Shown here: positions 25,608 to 34,719 of the stretch, piece by piece
Layout: every line of letters begins with the position of its first letter
Numbering within the stretch: the first letter of the stretch is position 1
Assembly (NCBI GenBank): GCA_964593675.1
Contig: CAZQIE010000006.1
Span: 2,449 to 66,448 of the forward strand
Direction of reading: 5' to 3'
From: an uncultured Opitutales bacterium
Lineage (GTDB): Bacteria; Verrucomicrobiota; Verrucomicrobiia; Opitutales; CAZQIE01
DNA: 64,000 nt
Notes under the pieces: generated by a model
What the model was told of the DNA's origin: nothing
The model's database searches: none
Seen by the model: the letters and a program-made list of their open reading frames with translations, nothing else
Position numbers and translations under genes: made by a program

Positions 25608-26498
25608 ATGTTGACTCGCTATACTACACACCCGCGCAGGCTCACGGCGAAGCTGTCTGCTGTTACCCTTGCCGCAACCCTCGCAGCTGCCAGCAGCACC
25701 TACGCTGCCCTCTGCTTTGAGGAGACGTTCAATTACACGGGCGCTTTGCACGGTCAGGCCGGAACGGGCATCGGCGAAACCGGCAACTGGACCTCGAGCC
25801 GCACGACGTCCTCGCTCGTCGCTGGCACGTCGCCGTCCCTCACCTATGGAAGCCTGACCACGTCGAACAACCGTCTCGTTTCAGACTACGATGGCTTCGG
25901 AACGAACGACAACACCTACGTGACGTTGGATACTACGGCGGGCAAGGCGGGGGCTGTCCTCAATACGGACGCGACCTCGCAATGGATGAGCCTGATCGTC
26001 AAGACGCCGACCGCCTTCCAGGCCAGCCGAGGCTTTTCGCTTTATACCGACCGCGGTAGCACGTTTAAGTACTGGGGCTTCTCGATCAACGGGGACGGCA
26101 CGTGGAACACGTTTGTCAATGCTACCAGCAGCGCCGCGGGCAGCGCGTTGACCGCAAACACGACCTACCTGTTTCTGTTCAAGGTGACCCGCACCAACAA
26201 TTCCAGCTACACGATTGAAGGCTGGAATTACAGCGGCGGCACGATCCCCGGCTCAGATCCGACGAGCGGCCTTACTGCCACGGGCGCAGGCGGCTCGACG
26301 AACAATATCGTCAATCTGTTTTTGAGCGCCACGAACGCAGGTCAGGGTGCCATGAACCAATACGAAGTTGACGAACTCCGCATCGGCTCAACGTTGGCTG
26401 ACGTGACACCCGTTCCCGAGCCCTCCACCTTTGCCGCGATGGCCGGTGCCGCAGCCCTTGCCTTTGCAGCGGGCCGCCGCTTCCTGCGTCGCTCGTAA
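25608..26498 (+). CDS. PEP-CTERM sorting-domain secreted protein
   Basis: 296 aa with a signal peptide, a Thr/Ser/Gly/Asn-rich beta-type body and the C-terminal VPEPSTFAAMAGAAALAFAAGRRFLRRS (PEP motif, TM segment, basic tail). Confidence 0.8.
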   Translation: MLTRYTTHPRRLTAKLSAVTLAATLAAASSTYAALCFEETFNYTGALHGQAGTGIGETGNWTSSRTTSSLVAGTSPSLTYGSLTTSNNRLVSDYDGFGTNDNTYVTLDTTAGKAGAVLNTDATSQWMSLIVKTPTAFQASRGFSLYTDRGSTFKYWGFSINGDGTWNTFVNATSSAAGSALTANTTYLFLFKVTRTNNSSYTIEGWNYSGGTIPGSDPTSGLTATGAGGSTNNIVNLFLSATNAGQGAMNQYEVDELRIGSTLADVTPVPEPSTFAAMAGAAALAFAAGRRFLRRS

Positions 26499-26564
26499 TA
26501 GGGCAGGTGGGAACACCTCGACCCCGTGCAGCAAACGTGAGCGGCTCATGAGCTGCCGGTAAAA

Positions 26565-26600
26565 CAGACGCCCCGGACTTTTTGGAGTCCGGGGCGTCTG
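26565..26600. terminator. bidirectional intrinsic terminator
   Basis: CAGACGCCCCGGACT-TTTTGG-AGTCCGGGGCGTCTG is a 15-bp perfect stem flanked by AAAA and TCGTTT. It lies between convergent genes. Confidence 0.8.
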
Positions 26601-26635
26601 TCGTTTATGACCCGTTTGGAAAGAACTGCGCGCGC

Positions 26636-29600
26636 CTATGGCACCACTACGCGCAAGCGCAGGAAGCGCGGGCTACCACCAGACAGCGGCGTGTTGTCAC
26701 GCACAGACACCCGTGGCGTTCCATCTGTGTCGTTTGCGGGGGCTGGGCTGACGGTGCACGACGCCGCATCCACCGCCGTCCACGTCGTGCCGTCCGAGGA
26801 CTGTTCGATGACGTAGGAGACGTCAGTCCTGTCCGCCGGCTTACGGTACGTCAGCGTGAGGTAGGTGCTTCCGGACGAATGGGTCGTGCCCTGAGTGACC
26901 GCTGCGGCGCTGCCCACATTCTTCGGGTCGTGTCCCAGTGCGTATTCGAGGATATTTGAGAGCCCGTTGCCGTTCGGGTCCGCCGTGGGGCCAGCGGTCG
27001 CGTCCGAGGCTCCGTGGCCCCACTGGTATGCCTTCCAAAGCGCATACGTATCGGGAACCTTGAAGTTGGCCGTCAGGCTGACAGCGGAAGCCGGCATGGT
27101 AAGCGTTGCTGTCGGCGAGGCGGCGTCGCCCAGCGCCCCGGTATCGCCGGTCCAGGCATAGAAGACTTGGCCTGCCGGCGCAGTGCCTGCGGACAGGGTC
27201 ACGGCGTCGCCGACAGCGCAGGTGCCGCCACCGGTGCCACCCGAGACCGAGACGGTATAGAGGCGCCGCGCCGAGAGGGTCATGCGCATGGGCTCGCCCG
27301 CGTAGATCCGGCTCCACGTGCTACCGCTGTTGCTCGAGAAAACGTTGCGCGTGAGGAACCCGATGCCACTGCCCGTATTGTTGGTCGTATAGTCCCAGTC
27401 CACCGTGGCGGCCGTCGTGTTCTGAAGAACGAGCCAATAAACGGTGCTCGGGCTCAGCGTGATGTTCAGGCCCGCACCCCCGTTGTCGAAGACGGCGGCA
27501 GCGTAGTTGCTGGTAAGGCCGGCCGCGTCCGTCGTGCCATCGTAAACCGTCGCGACCACCTGGTCCGGCAGGTCAGAGCCACTGTTGTGGCTATAGATCA
27601 CCACCTTCATGTTCCCGGAAGCCAGCTTCTTTAGCATGAGCTTAACCGAGTGCAGCCGCAGCGTGCCCGCATCGGTCTGGAACTTCTGCGCAGCGTAACT
27701 GCCAGCCGCAATCGTAAAGGGAAAGCTCGTTCCATCACTGGTGTTCGAGACGTTGTCCCATACGGTTGTGATCGCACTCGTTCCCTGTAGGGTGAACGTG
27801 AACGGCGCCTCGTCTGAGTCATTATTCTCAACGCGGACAACCGCCGTGCGCGTGCCGACGGACTTGGGTTGGAAACGGACCGTAAAGGTCGTGCTACCAT
27901 TGGCCGCGACGGAGGCCGCCGGCTGAACGGTCACCGCGAAATCAGAAACATGGCTTCCCGTAAGGCTCACCCGCGGCGTTCCGCTCAGCAACAAGTCCGC
28001 CGCGCCGGTGTTGCTTATCGTAAAGGTGCGGTCTTGTGTGCCGACCCCGACCTCCTGGGTCCCGAAGTCCGTATGGTCCGTGGCTGAAGGCGATGCGTCG
28101 CCGCAGACAATCGTCGCGCCGTTTCCGCTCATGGCAATTTCCGGGAAGCCGGTGGTGGTCGAGACGCCCTTTATCGAGAAGGTGAACGGATTGTCATTTG
28201 TGGCGTTGCTGGAAATGCGCACCGTCGCCGTGCTCTGGCTATCGCCGCTGGCCGTGTACCGGATGGTGAAATTCACCGTTTCGCCGCTCCCAAGGCTTGT
28301 GCTCGCAGGCTGGCTGGTGACCGAAAACGCCGAAGCCTCGGCCCCTTCAACGACTACCGCCGGCGTGTTGCTCAACGTCAACGTCTGCCCACCGGTGTTC
28401 GTAATCGAGAATGTGCGATCTATCGTGTTCCCCGAATACGCCCAGTTGAAATCAGTGTGGTCCTCCAGTACCGGGGAGCTGTCTCCATTGCTGATCTGCT
28501 GGCTGTTGCCCTGCACGCGAATGCCGGGTTGGCGCGTCTTCCACGCCGGTTGGCTGCTCGCGTCTCCTTGTGCCACGACAACCGTCAAACCGGCCGTTGC
28601 CACGATGCTGTCCGCGAGCGTAACGCGTACGTGGACTCCCGACACGCCGGCTGTGGGCGTGAAAGTGTAGCTCGTCAGCGTGGCATCACCGCTGGCGACT
28701 TTCTGCGCCCCCACGTACCAGTCGATCTTCGTCGCTGCGGCCGTGCCGGCCGTCAAAGTGATCGTCTTAGCTTGGCCTGCTGTCGCTTCCACATAGTAAT
28801 TGGCCATCGACCCCCAGCGGTTGGCCGCGCAGACCGCCTGCCACGCCGCCGCAAGGTCTTCATCTTGCATCCAGGAAAAGTTGGGGTCGGTCCCGATCGC
28901 CGTGGCCGTCGCGTAAGTTGGCAGGTTGCCGAAAAGCGTGTTCCAGGTGCCGGATGTGCTGTCCGCGTTGTTCCCGAGATAAGAGGCCGAGGGCGTGATC
29001 GCGGCGAGAACGGGCGTCTTCCCGACTTCGCCTCCACCCTGCACCCGGGTCGTGATCATCCGGTCGAGGAAGAGCATCGCGAAACTGTGTGAGTCCCCAT
29101 ACTCCGTATGGGAAACTCCGCGGTCCGGAAAGATCATCCAAGGCTCGCCATAGCCGCGGTGCTCGCGGAAAACGCGGCGAACGGAGATGTTGCGCGAATC
29201 CGTGTCCAGCGTGCCGAAGCTGATGGCACAAGGCACCGATGTGGACAAGGCCGTGCCTTCGATATACTCAATGGACAGCCCTTTGTTGTGGCTCGCAGCG
29301 ATGGCTCTCGATGTGAAGTACTTTGCGGCGCGCAGCGAGAAGCCACTGCCGGCAGAGAAGCCATAGAAGGAAAGGGGGCAGGTTTTCAGTTCGTCACGTC
29401 CGGAGGCCGTCGCGAGCTCGTCGATACCGCTGCTCACCGCCTGCGGCGTGTACATCGGGTCGTTGTCCGTGCCTGAAACGTAGTCCGCGTCGGCATTCGG
29501 GTCGCCCGCCGTGAAGCGCAGGCCGATCAGCGCGAAACCCTGTTCACGGGCAAGCTTCTGCCAATACGTCCTTGTCTGGAACGACGATTTGGCGGTCGGA

Positions 29601-29818
29601 TCGTTGCTCGCCAGACCATGGCAGTAGACGATCGCGCCACGCACGGCCGGCGCGTCGTCGGGCACCCACATGCTCAGGTTGAGGGGGTAGGTCTCCCCGG
29701 GCTGGACTGTGTATTGTACGGACGCCTCGTACGTCGCGGCGTGGGCTGGAATCGCGCAGTTGCACCACGCCGCCAGAATGACCAGGGCAGCAAAGAACGC
29801 GTTTTGGCAGGACTTCAT
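26636..29818 (-). CDS. large secreted multidomain protein: N-terminal alpha/beta-hydrolase (esterase) plus repeated Ig-like/choice-of-anchor-D-like modules
   Basis: I trimmed the start to MKSCQNAFFAALVILAAWCNCAIPAHA (signal peptide). The hydrolase region has a GFSAG nucleophile elbow. Repeated modules end in NDNPFTFSIKG and NDSDEAPFTFTLQG. The C-terminus has DPNGNGLSNILEYALGHDP and a beta-sandwich ending in RFLRLRVVVP. Confidence 0.75.
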   Translation of the reverse strand: MKSCQNAFFAALVILAAWCNCAIPAHAATYEASVQYTVQPGETYPLNLSMWVPDDAPAVRGAIVYCHGLASNDPTAKSSFQTRTYWQKLAREQGFALIGLRFTAGDPNADADYVSGTDNDPMYTPQAVSSGIDELATASGRDELKTCPLSFYGFSAGSGFSLRAAKYFTSRAIAASHNKGLSIEYIEGTALSTSVPCAISFGTLDTDSRNISVRRVFREHRGYGEPWMIFPDRGVSHTEYGDSHSFAMLFLDRMITTRVQGGGEVGKTPVLAAITPSASYLGNNADSTSGTWNTLFGNLPTYATATAIGTDPNFSWMQDEDLAAAWQAVCAANRWGSMANYYVEATAGQAKTITLTAGTAAATKIDWYVGAQKVASGDATLTSYTFTPTAGVSGVHVRVTLADSIVATAGLTVVVAQGDASSQPAWKTRQPGIRVQGNSQQISNGDSSPVLEDHTDFNWAYSGNTIDRTFSITNTGGQTLTLSNTPAVVVEGAEASAFSVTSQPASTSLGSGETVNFTIRYTASGDSQSTATVRISSNATNDNPFTFSIKGVSTTTGFPEIAMSGNGATIVCGDASPSATDHTDFGTQEVGVGTQDRTFTISNTGAADLLLSGTPRVSLTGSHVSDFAVTVQPAASVAANGSTTFTVRFQPKSVGTRTAVVRVENNDSDEAPFTFTLQGTSAITTVWDNVSNTSDGTSFPFTIAAGSYAAQKFQTDAGTLRLHSVKLMLKKLASGNMKVVIYSHNSGSDLPDQVVATVYDGTTDAAGLTSNYAAAVFDNGGAGLNITLSPSTVYWLVLQNTTAATVDWDYTTNNTGSGIGFLTRNVFSSNSGSTWSRIYAGEPMRMTLSARRLYTVSVSGGTGGGTCAVGDAVTLSAGTAPAGQVFYAWTGDTGALGDAASPTATLTMPASAVSLTANFKVPDTYALWKAYQWGHGASDATAGPTADPNGNGLSNILEYALGHDPKNVGSAAAVTQGTTHSSGSTYLTLTYRKPADRTDVSYVIEQSSDGTTWTAVDAASCTVSPAPANDTDGTPRVSVRDNTPLSGGSPRFLRLRVVVP

Positions 29819-29949
29819 CGGGGGTAAACGGAGTGTCTGTCGAAATCGAAAGGCCTCGCTTTCGCGTGAGGGGGGCAGCCCAACGTTTTTGCATAGGCTT
29901 GCGAAAAAGCGGGCGGCCGACGACACTCAGCCCGGTAATCGGATTAGCA

Positions 29950-30981
29950 ATGCCCCACCTTTCTCAGGCCCAGGTTGCCGCCGCAGCCGGCGTTTGCCAG
30001 GCGACGGTCTCCCTCGCGCTGCGCGGACACCCCCGCATACCGGAAGAAACGCGCCGCCATGTCGTCGCGGTTGCAGCCGAACTCGGCTACAAACGTGACC
30101 CCCTTCTGAGCGCAATGGCCGCGCTCGTGCGCACGCGCAAGGCCTCCCCAGGCTCACGCATCGCCATGGTCGCCGGCATTCCCCTGAAAAACGTGCACGG
30201 TTCGCCTTTCACGCGGCGATACTTCAAGGCGATTAAAAGCCGCGCGATGCGCCTGGGATATGGCCTGGATGAGTTTTCGCTCGCGCGGCGAGGCATGACC
30301 CCCGCGGCTCTCGTGCGCATCCTGCAAAGCCGCGGCATTCGCGGCGTGGTCTTCAGCTTCTTCGACCCCGGCACGCGGATCGACATGGACCTTACGGGCT
30401 TCGCCTGTGCGTCCATGAGCTACAACGTGGTGGAACCCCGGCTCCACCATTCTGAGAACGATCACTTCCAGGTCATGCTCACGGCGCTCGACCGGCTGCG
30501 GGCCCTTGGCTACCGCCGGATCGGCGTGTTCATGGCGCGCTTTATCCGCGAGTTTGTGCAGGACAGATACCGCGCAGCCATCGCGGTCCGTAACGACCCG
30601 CCGGAGTTCTCTGTTTTCCTGAACGAGTTTGAGGAACCAGATCACGTCGTCGCGAAAAACTTCGATACCGTGGCGGCGTGGATGCGCAGTAACCGGCTCG
30701 ACGCGCTCCTGACGCTCTCACCCGCGTGGCTACCGGCCGTCCGCCGCGCCGGCTTCGTCGTGCCTGCGGACTTGGCATTCGCCAGCCTCGATATCCCCCC
30801 GGGCGTGACGCGGCTGGCTGGTATATGCCAAGGCTACGAGGCCGCTGCCGCAGCCGCCGTGGACCTTGTCGAGGAGCAGCTGCACCGCGGAGATCGCGGC
30901 ATTCCCGAGTTCCCAAAACTCATCACGCTCCCGGGCGTCTGGAAAGACGGCCAGACGTGCCCACCGCGGCTGCGCGCCTGA
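29950..30981 (+). CDS. LacI-family transcriptional regulator
   Basis: The HTH MPHLSQAQVAAAAGVCQATVSLALRG is present. I trimmed the start from the track ORF (29833). Confidence 0.85.
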   Translation: MPHLSQAQVAAAAGVCQATVSLALRGHPRIPEETRRHVVAVAAELGYKRDPLLSAMAALVRTRKASPGSRIAMVAGIPLKNVHGSPFTRRYFKAIKSRAMRLGYGLDEFSLARRGMTPAALVRILQSRGIRGVVFSFFDPGTRIDMDLTGFACASMSYNVVEPRLHHSENDHFQVMLTALDRLRALGYRRIGVFMARFIREFVQDRYRAAIAVRNDPPEFSVFLNEFEEPDHVVAKNFDTVAAWMRSNRLDALLTLSPAWLPAVRRAGFVVPADLAFASLDIPPGVTRLAGICQGYEAAAAAAVDLVEEQLHRGDRGIPEFPKLITLPGVWKDGQTCPPRLRA

Positions 30982-31031
30982 GTGAAGTCAGGCCGCGATC
31001 CCGCTCCGCCTCCCGCATCCTGAACGCAAAA

Positions 31032-31067
31032 AGCCCCCGGAAACGCTCGTGCGTCCGAGGGCCTTTT
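31032..31067. terminator. hairpin terminator shared by the LacI gene (+) and tRNA-Thr (-)
   Basis: AGCCCCCGGA...TCCGAGGGCC forms the stem, with CTTTT following on the + strand and TTTTT following on the - strand. Confidence 0.55.
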
Positions 31068-31072
31068 CAAAA

Positions 31073-31148
31073 TGGAGCCGGGGGTGGGACTCGAACCCAC
31101 GACCTACTGATTACAAATCAGTTGCTCTGCCAACTGAGCTAACCCGGC
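31073..31148 (-). tRNA. tRNA-Thr (anticodon TGT)
   Basis: The reverse strand reads GCCGGGTTAGCTCAGTTGGCAGAGCAACTGATTTGTAATCAGTAGGTCGTGGGTTCGAGTCCCACCCCCGGCTCCA. It has the anticodon loop TTTGTAA and an encoded CCA. There is one mismatch at the base of the acceptor stem. Confidence 0.85.
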
Positions 31149-31345
31149 GAAAAAAAGGCGTCGCGGGGGCTTTTCGGTCCCCGCCGTAAACGGCCATTTG
31201 TGGTGCCGATTTAGCGGGGCGTCAAGGTCATCCGCAGACATTTCGGACTACTCAGACTGTCCGTAAAAAACGGATACAGCCGGCTGGGCTCGCGTGTCGG
31301 GTGATATGACGAACGTGACCGGAGCTCCTGCCGCAACGGCGTGCG

Positions 31346-32584
31346 TCAGAGCGGGCGCCCGAGGATATGCGCGTACAGACGGAGGTGCCGCGCGACCATG
31401 AGGTCCTCGGAAAAGCGCTCCGCCACGTCAAGGCGGGCCTGCTTGCCAAGCTTCTGGCAGAGCGACGGCGAGTCCAAGGCCTCCTGAAATGCGGCTGCGA
31501 GATCCGGCCCCGCCATGCTCTCTGCAATCAGCCCGTTTTGGCCGGGCTGGATCTGCTCCAGAAGCCCGTCGGTGGGCGTCGTCACCACGCAGCACTCGGC
31601 GGCCATCGCCTCCAGACTGGCGCAGGGGAAATTTTCGCCCGGTGAGGCGTAGAGGAAAATGTCGGCCGCCTCATACAACTCCGCGAGCCGCTCACGGTCT
31701 GACACATAACCGCAATCGACGGCCTGGACCCCGGGAGGAAGCTGCTCAAGCGCCCAGCGCGAATGGCCGCCAGCCAGCATGAGCTGAAAGGTCTCCGGGT
31801 CCACAAGCCGGAGCGCCGGCAGGATCAGCTGAAACCCTTTTATCGGGTTCCTGAAATTGTGGTTCACCACGAGCACCGAGGTGCGACCTGGCTTGAGCCC
31901 GAACTTAGCCCGGAACTCTACGTCGTGCTTTCGGGCAAACCCATGCGCCTTTACCTGCACGCCGTTCGGTATGTAATGGACGGGCCAGCGACTGCCCACG
32001 GGGCTGTGACGCACGCGGTCGGCAAGATGGAGGGACGGCGCGACGATGTGCATCGGCGCGTCCCGCAGCACCCGCAACTTCAGCGCCAGTTGCTCCGCCG
32101 TGTTGTCATGGTGCGGAATGGGAAACTCGCCCACGCGCGGGCAACAGCCGCACGTCGTCAGGTAACGATCGCACTCGATCGGGTGATCGCACCCCCCCGT
32201 GATCCCCCAGAACCGGTGAAACGTCCACACGACGGGCTTCTTCCGCGCAAGCTCTGCCAGGGATTCCAGGCGCGCGTAAATTCCGTGGAAGTTATGAATG
32301 TGGACGAGGTCGGCGTCGCTGCGGCCCAAGGCGCGGAACGCGGCGTCCGTCCAGCGCCAGCGCGGGAAGCACCGCTGCACGACAGGTGCGAGGCGTGTGT
32401 GGGACAGGTAACTGAGGCTGCGCGGGTAGAGCGGCCGCAATCCCGGCTCGCACGGATACGTTTTGCCTTCCGCCACCCAAAGCGTGCTGTCGTGGTCCGC
32501 GGCGAGGCAGCGCCGATGAAGCTGCTGCACGACCGTCTCTGCGCCGCCAAGCTGGAATTGGTTATTTACAAAGGCAATGTGCAT
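31346..32584 (-). CDS. GT4-family glycosyltransferase
   Basis: 412 aa with a GT-B fold and the E-x7-E-like C-terminal region (ASPGENFPCASLEAMAAECCVVTT). Confidence 0.85.
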   Translation of the reverse strand: MHIAFVNNQFQLGGAETVVQQLHRRCLAADHDSTLWVAEGKTYPCEPGLRPLYPRSLSYLSHTRLAPVVQRCFPRWRWTDAAFRALGRSDADLVHIHNFHGIYARLESLAELARKKPVVWTFHRFWGITGGCDHPIECDRYLTTCGCCPRVGEFPIPHHDNTAEQLALKLRVLRDAPMHIVAPSLHLADRVRHSPVGSRWPVHYIPNGVQVKAHGFARKHDVEFRAKFGLKPGRTSVLVVNHNFRNPIKGFQLILPALRLVDPETFQLMLAGGHSRWALEQLPPGVQAVDCGYVSDRERLAELYEAADIFLYASPGENFPCASLEAMAAECCVVTTPTDGLLEQIQPGQNGLIAESMAGPDLAAAFQEALDSPSLCQKLGKQARLDVAERFSEDLMVARHLRLYAHILGRPL

Positions 32585-32590
32585 GGGCGT

Positions 32591-33409
32591 TCAGGCTCGC
32601 TGCAGGAGGAGCAGCCCCATGTGGCGTTCGGGAGGCTGGTTCGCGTTGTCCGGATGTTCCTCAGCCCAGGTCAAGCGAAAGCCGTCTTTCGCGGCGAGTG
32701 AAACCAGAGCCTCGGGCCGGCCCCCGCCGCCGTGCCAGCCATGCCACTCAAGAAGCAGTGCCGCCGCGTGCTGCCATACGGGCGTGTAGTGCAGAAGGAA
32801 GTCATGCTCGCCGCCCTCGATGTCGAGTTTAACCAGATCGTAAGGCGGCGGGAGTGCCCGCACGAGGGTCTCAGGCGCCAGACGTGGCACGGGGCGCCCC
32901 GGCTCGCCTTCGGTGGCGCGTCCTGACGTCATGTAGTCCCGCGCGGCGAAGGACGCCTTTTCGCCGGGTGCCGTGACAAGGCCGTATTCAAAACGCCAAT
33001 ACGGGCCGAGCGCGTTGAGTTCGATCAGGCGCTCCACGCTCGGTCGCACACGTGCGTCAGCATCGCCAAGCACCGCGTGCGTTGGCCCGCCAAGGCCTGC
33101 CTTGCGGCGGCGAAGCAGGACATCGAGCGAGAAGTGCCCGGCGTGACAGCCCAGGTCTATCCAGCGCGAGGGCAGGGGAAGCGCCGCGAGCGGGTGGTCG
33201 TATTCCCCGTCGACAAAGATGTGCTGGTATGAAAGCCAGTGGTCCGCGTGGCAAATGGGGCACACGAGCCCTTGGCCCAGCGGCACATTCACATGCAGGT
33301 CCCCGTAATGCCGCTGCCTCAGCAGCCCCGCGACGCCCCGCCGGAGCGGACCGCAGCCGAGAGGGAGCGCCAGCGCGGCGCGCAGAAGCTGTTTCAGGCC
33401 GGAGTTCAT
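32591..33409 (-). CDS. FkbM-family SAM-dependent methyltransferase
   Basis: 272 aa with IDLGCHAGHFSL (SAM motif I) and VKLDIEGGEHDFL (FkbM signature). The gene overlaps the wzt stop. Confidence 0.7.
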   Translation of the reverse strand: MNSGLKQLLRAALALPLGCGPLRRGVAGLLRQRHYGDLHVNVPLGQGLVCPICHADHWLSYQHIFVDGEYDHPLAALPLPSRWIDLGCHAGHFSLDVLLRRRKAGLGGPTHAVLGDADARVRPSVERLIELNALGPYWRFEYGLVTAPGEKASFAARDYMTSGRATEGEPGRPVPRLAPETLVRALPPPYDLVKLDIEGGEHDFLLHYTPVWQHAAALLLEWHGWHGGGGRPEALVSLAAKDGFRLTWAEEHPDNANQPPERHMGLLLLQRA

Positions 33410-34713
33410 GCGTGCGGGGGAGGGGTGTCCGCGGCGCCGAGCGCCTCGACGTGGTAATCCGGCTCAAGGACAATTGGGAAATCCGGGCTCAACGGCCGAT
33501 AGGCATGGGACTCCGCCGGCAGCACCGGGCAGGTCAACGCGTCGAGCACCATGTGGTGGTATGGAAACGCGGCGGGGGCACCCGTCGCGAGGTCCACCGT
33601 GACCTGCGGGATCGCCAGGTGCGGCATCATGTAGGTCAGCCGGATGAGGGAACGCCGCCCGCCGGGCAACAGCGTCTGTTCGAAGGCGGTCTGCGTGAAC
33701 ATCCAGAGCGGCCTCCGCAGGTGGTCGTAGAAGCTTGCCACCAGTTCAACGGGCGGGCCCGGCCGCGTCGCCACTTGCGCGACGAGGGAGAACCGGCTCC
33801 CAGGCCTCAATGACGGCGCCTCGCCCGGCGCGACATCACGGGGGTCCGGTTCAATCCAGGCCCGTTCCACACACGAAAGCCGGTCCGCCAAGGCGCCCTC
33901 TGTCCCTTCGTATATGCCAGGCCGGTGCGAGGCCAGGTAACGCGCGATGCCCTGAGCCGTGGGCTCGTGCGCCACGAGGCGTCCCTTCTCCATAACCGCC
34001 ACCTTTTTGCACAACGAGGCCACGGCCGACATGTTGTGGCTCACGAAAACGACCGTGCGGCCGTCGCCCGCGGTCACGTCTTTCATCTTCCCAAGGCACT
34101 TGCTCTGGAAGCGCATATCGCCCACAGCGAGCACCTCGTCCACGAGCAGGATCTCGGGCTCAAGGTGCGCAGCGACCGCGAACGCGAGCCGCACATACAT
34201 GCCGCTCGAATACCGTTTCACCGGCGTGTCCAGGAACGCATCGACCTCGGCGAAGGCGACGATCTCGTCAAACTTTCGTGCGATCTCGGCGCGCGTCATA
34301 CCGAGGATTGCGCCATTCAGATAAATATTCTCGCGGCCCGTAAGTTCGGGATGAAACCCCGTGCCGACCTCCAGCAGGCTTGAGACGCGGCCGCGCAGGC
34401 GAATGCGTCCGCGGGTGGGGTGCGTGATGCGCGACAGGATCTTTAGGAGCGTGCTCTTCCCCGCGCCATTCCCCCCGATCAGCCCGACTACCTCCCCGGG
34501 CTCCAGTTCCAGGTTCACGTCGCGCAGCGCCCAAAGCACGCTGGTGTCGTCATTCTCACTGAACCGGGTCAGCCCCCGCAGAGACTGCAGGTTTTTCCAT
34601 GGGGCCGTGACGGCCCTTGCAAGCGCGCCGGCAAACGTGCGGGAACGTTCCTCCTTTGCTCCGAGCCGGTAGGCTTTAGAAAGCTCTTCGATGCGTATGG
34701 AGTAACGGGCCAT
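33406..34713 (-). CDS. wzt: polysaccharide ABC exporter ATP-binding protein with extended C-terminal domain (Wzt/TagH-like)
   Basis: 435 aa with Walker A GGNGAGKST, the signature sequence YSSGM and Walker B ILLVDE. A non-ATPase C-terminal extension of about 190 aa follows. Confidence 0.9.
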   Translation of the reverse strand: MARYSIRIEELSKAYRLGAKEERSRTFAGALARAVTAPWKNLQSLRGLTRFSENDDTSVLWALRDVNLELEPGEVVGLIGGNGAGKSTLLKILSRITHPTRGRIRLRGRVSSLLEVGTGFHPELTGRENIYLNGAILGMTRAEIARKFDEIVAFAEVDAFLDTPVKRYSSGMYVRLAFAVAAHLEPEILLVDEVLAVGDMRFQSKCLGKMKDVTAGDGRTVVFVSHNMSAVASLCKKVAVMEKGRLVAHEPTAQGIARYLASHRPGIYEGTEGALADRLSCVERAWIEPDPRDVAPGEAPSLRPGSRFSLVAQVATRPGPPVELVASFYDHLRRPLWMFTQTAFEQTLLPGGRRSLIRLTYMMPHLAIPQVTVDLATGAPAAFPYHHMVLDALTCPVLPAESHAYRPLSPDFPIVLEPDYHVEALGAADTPPPHA

Positions 34714-34719
34714 GGGTGC

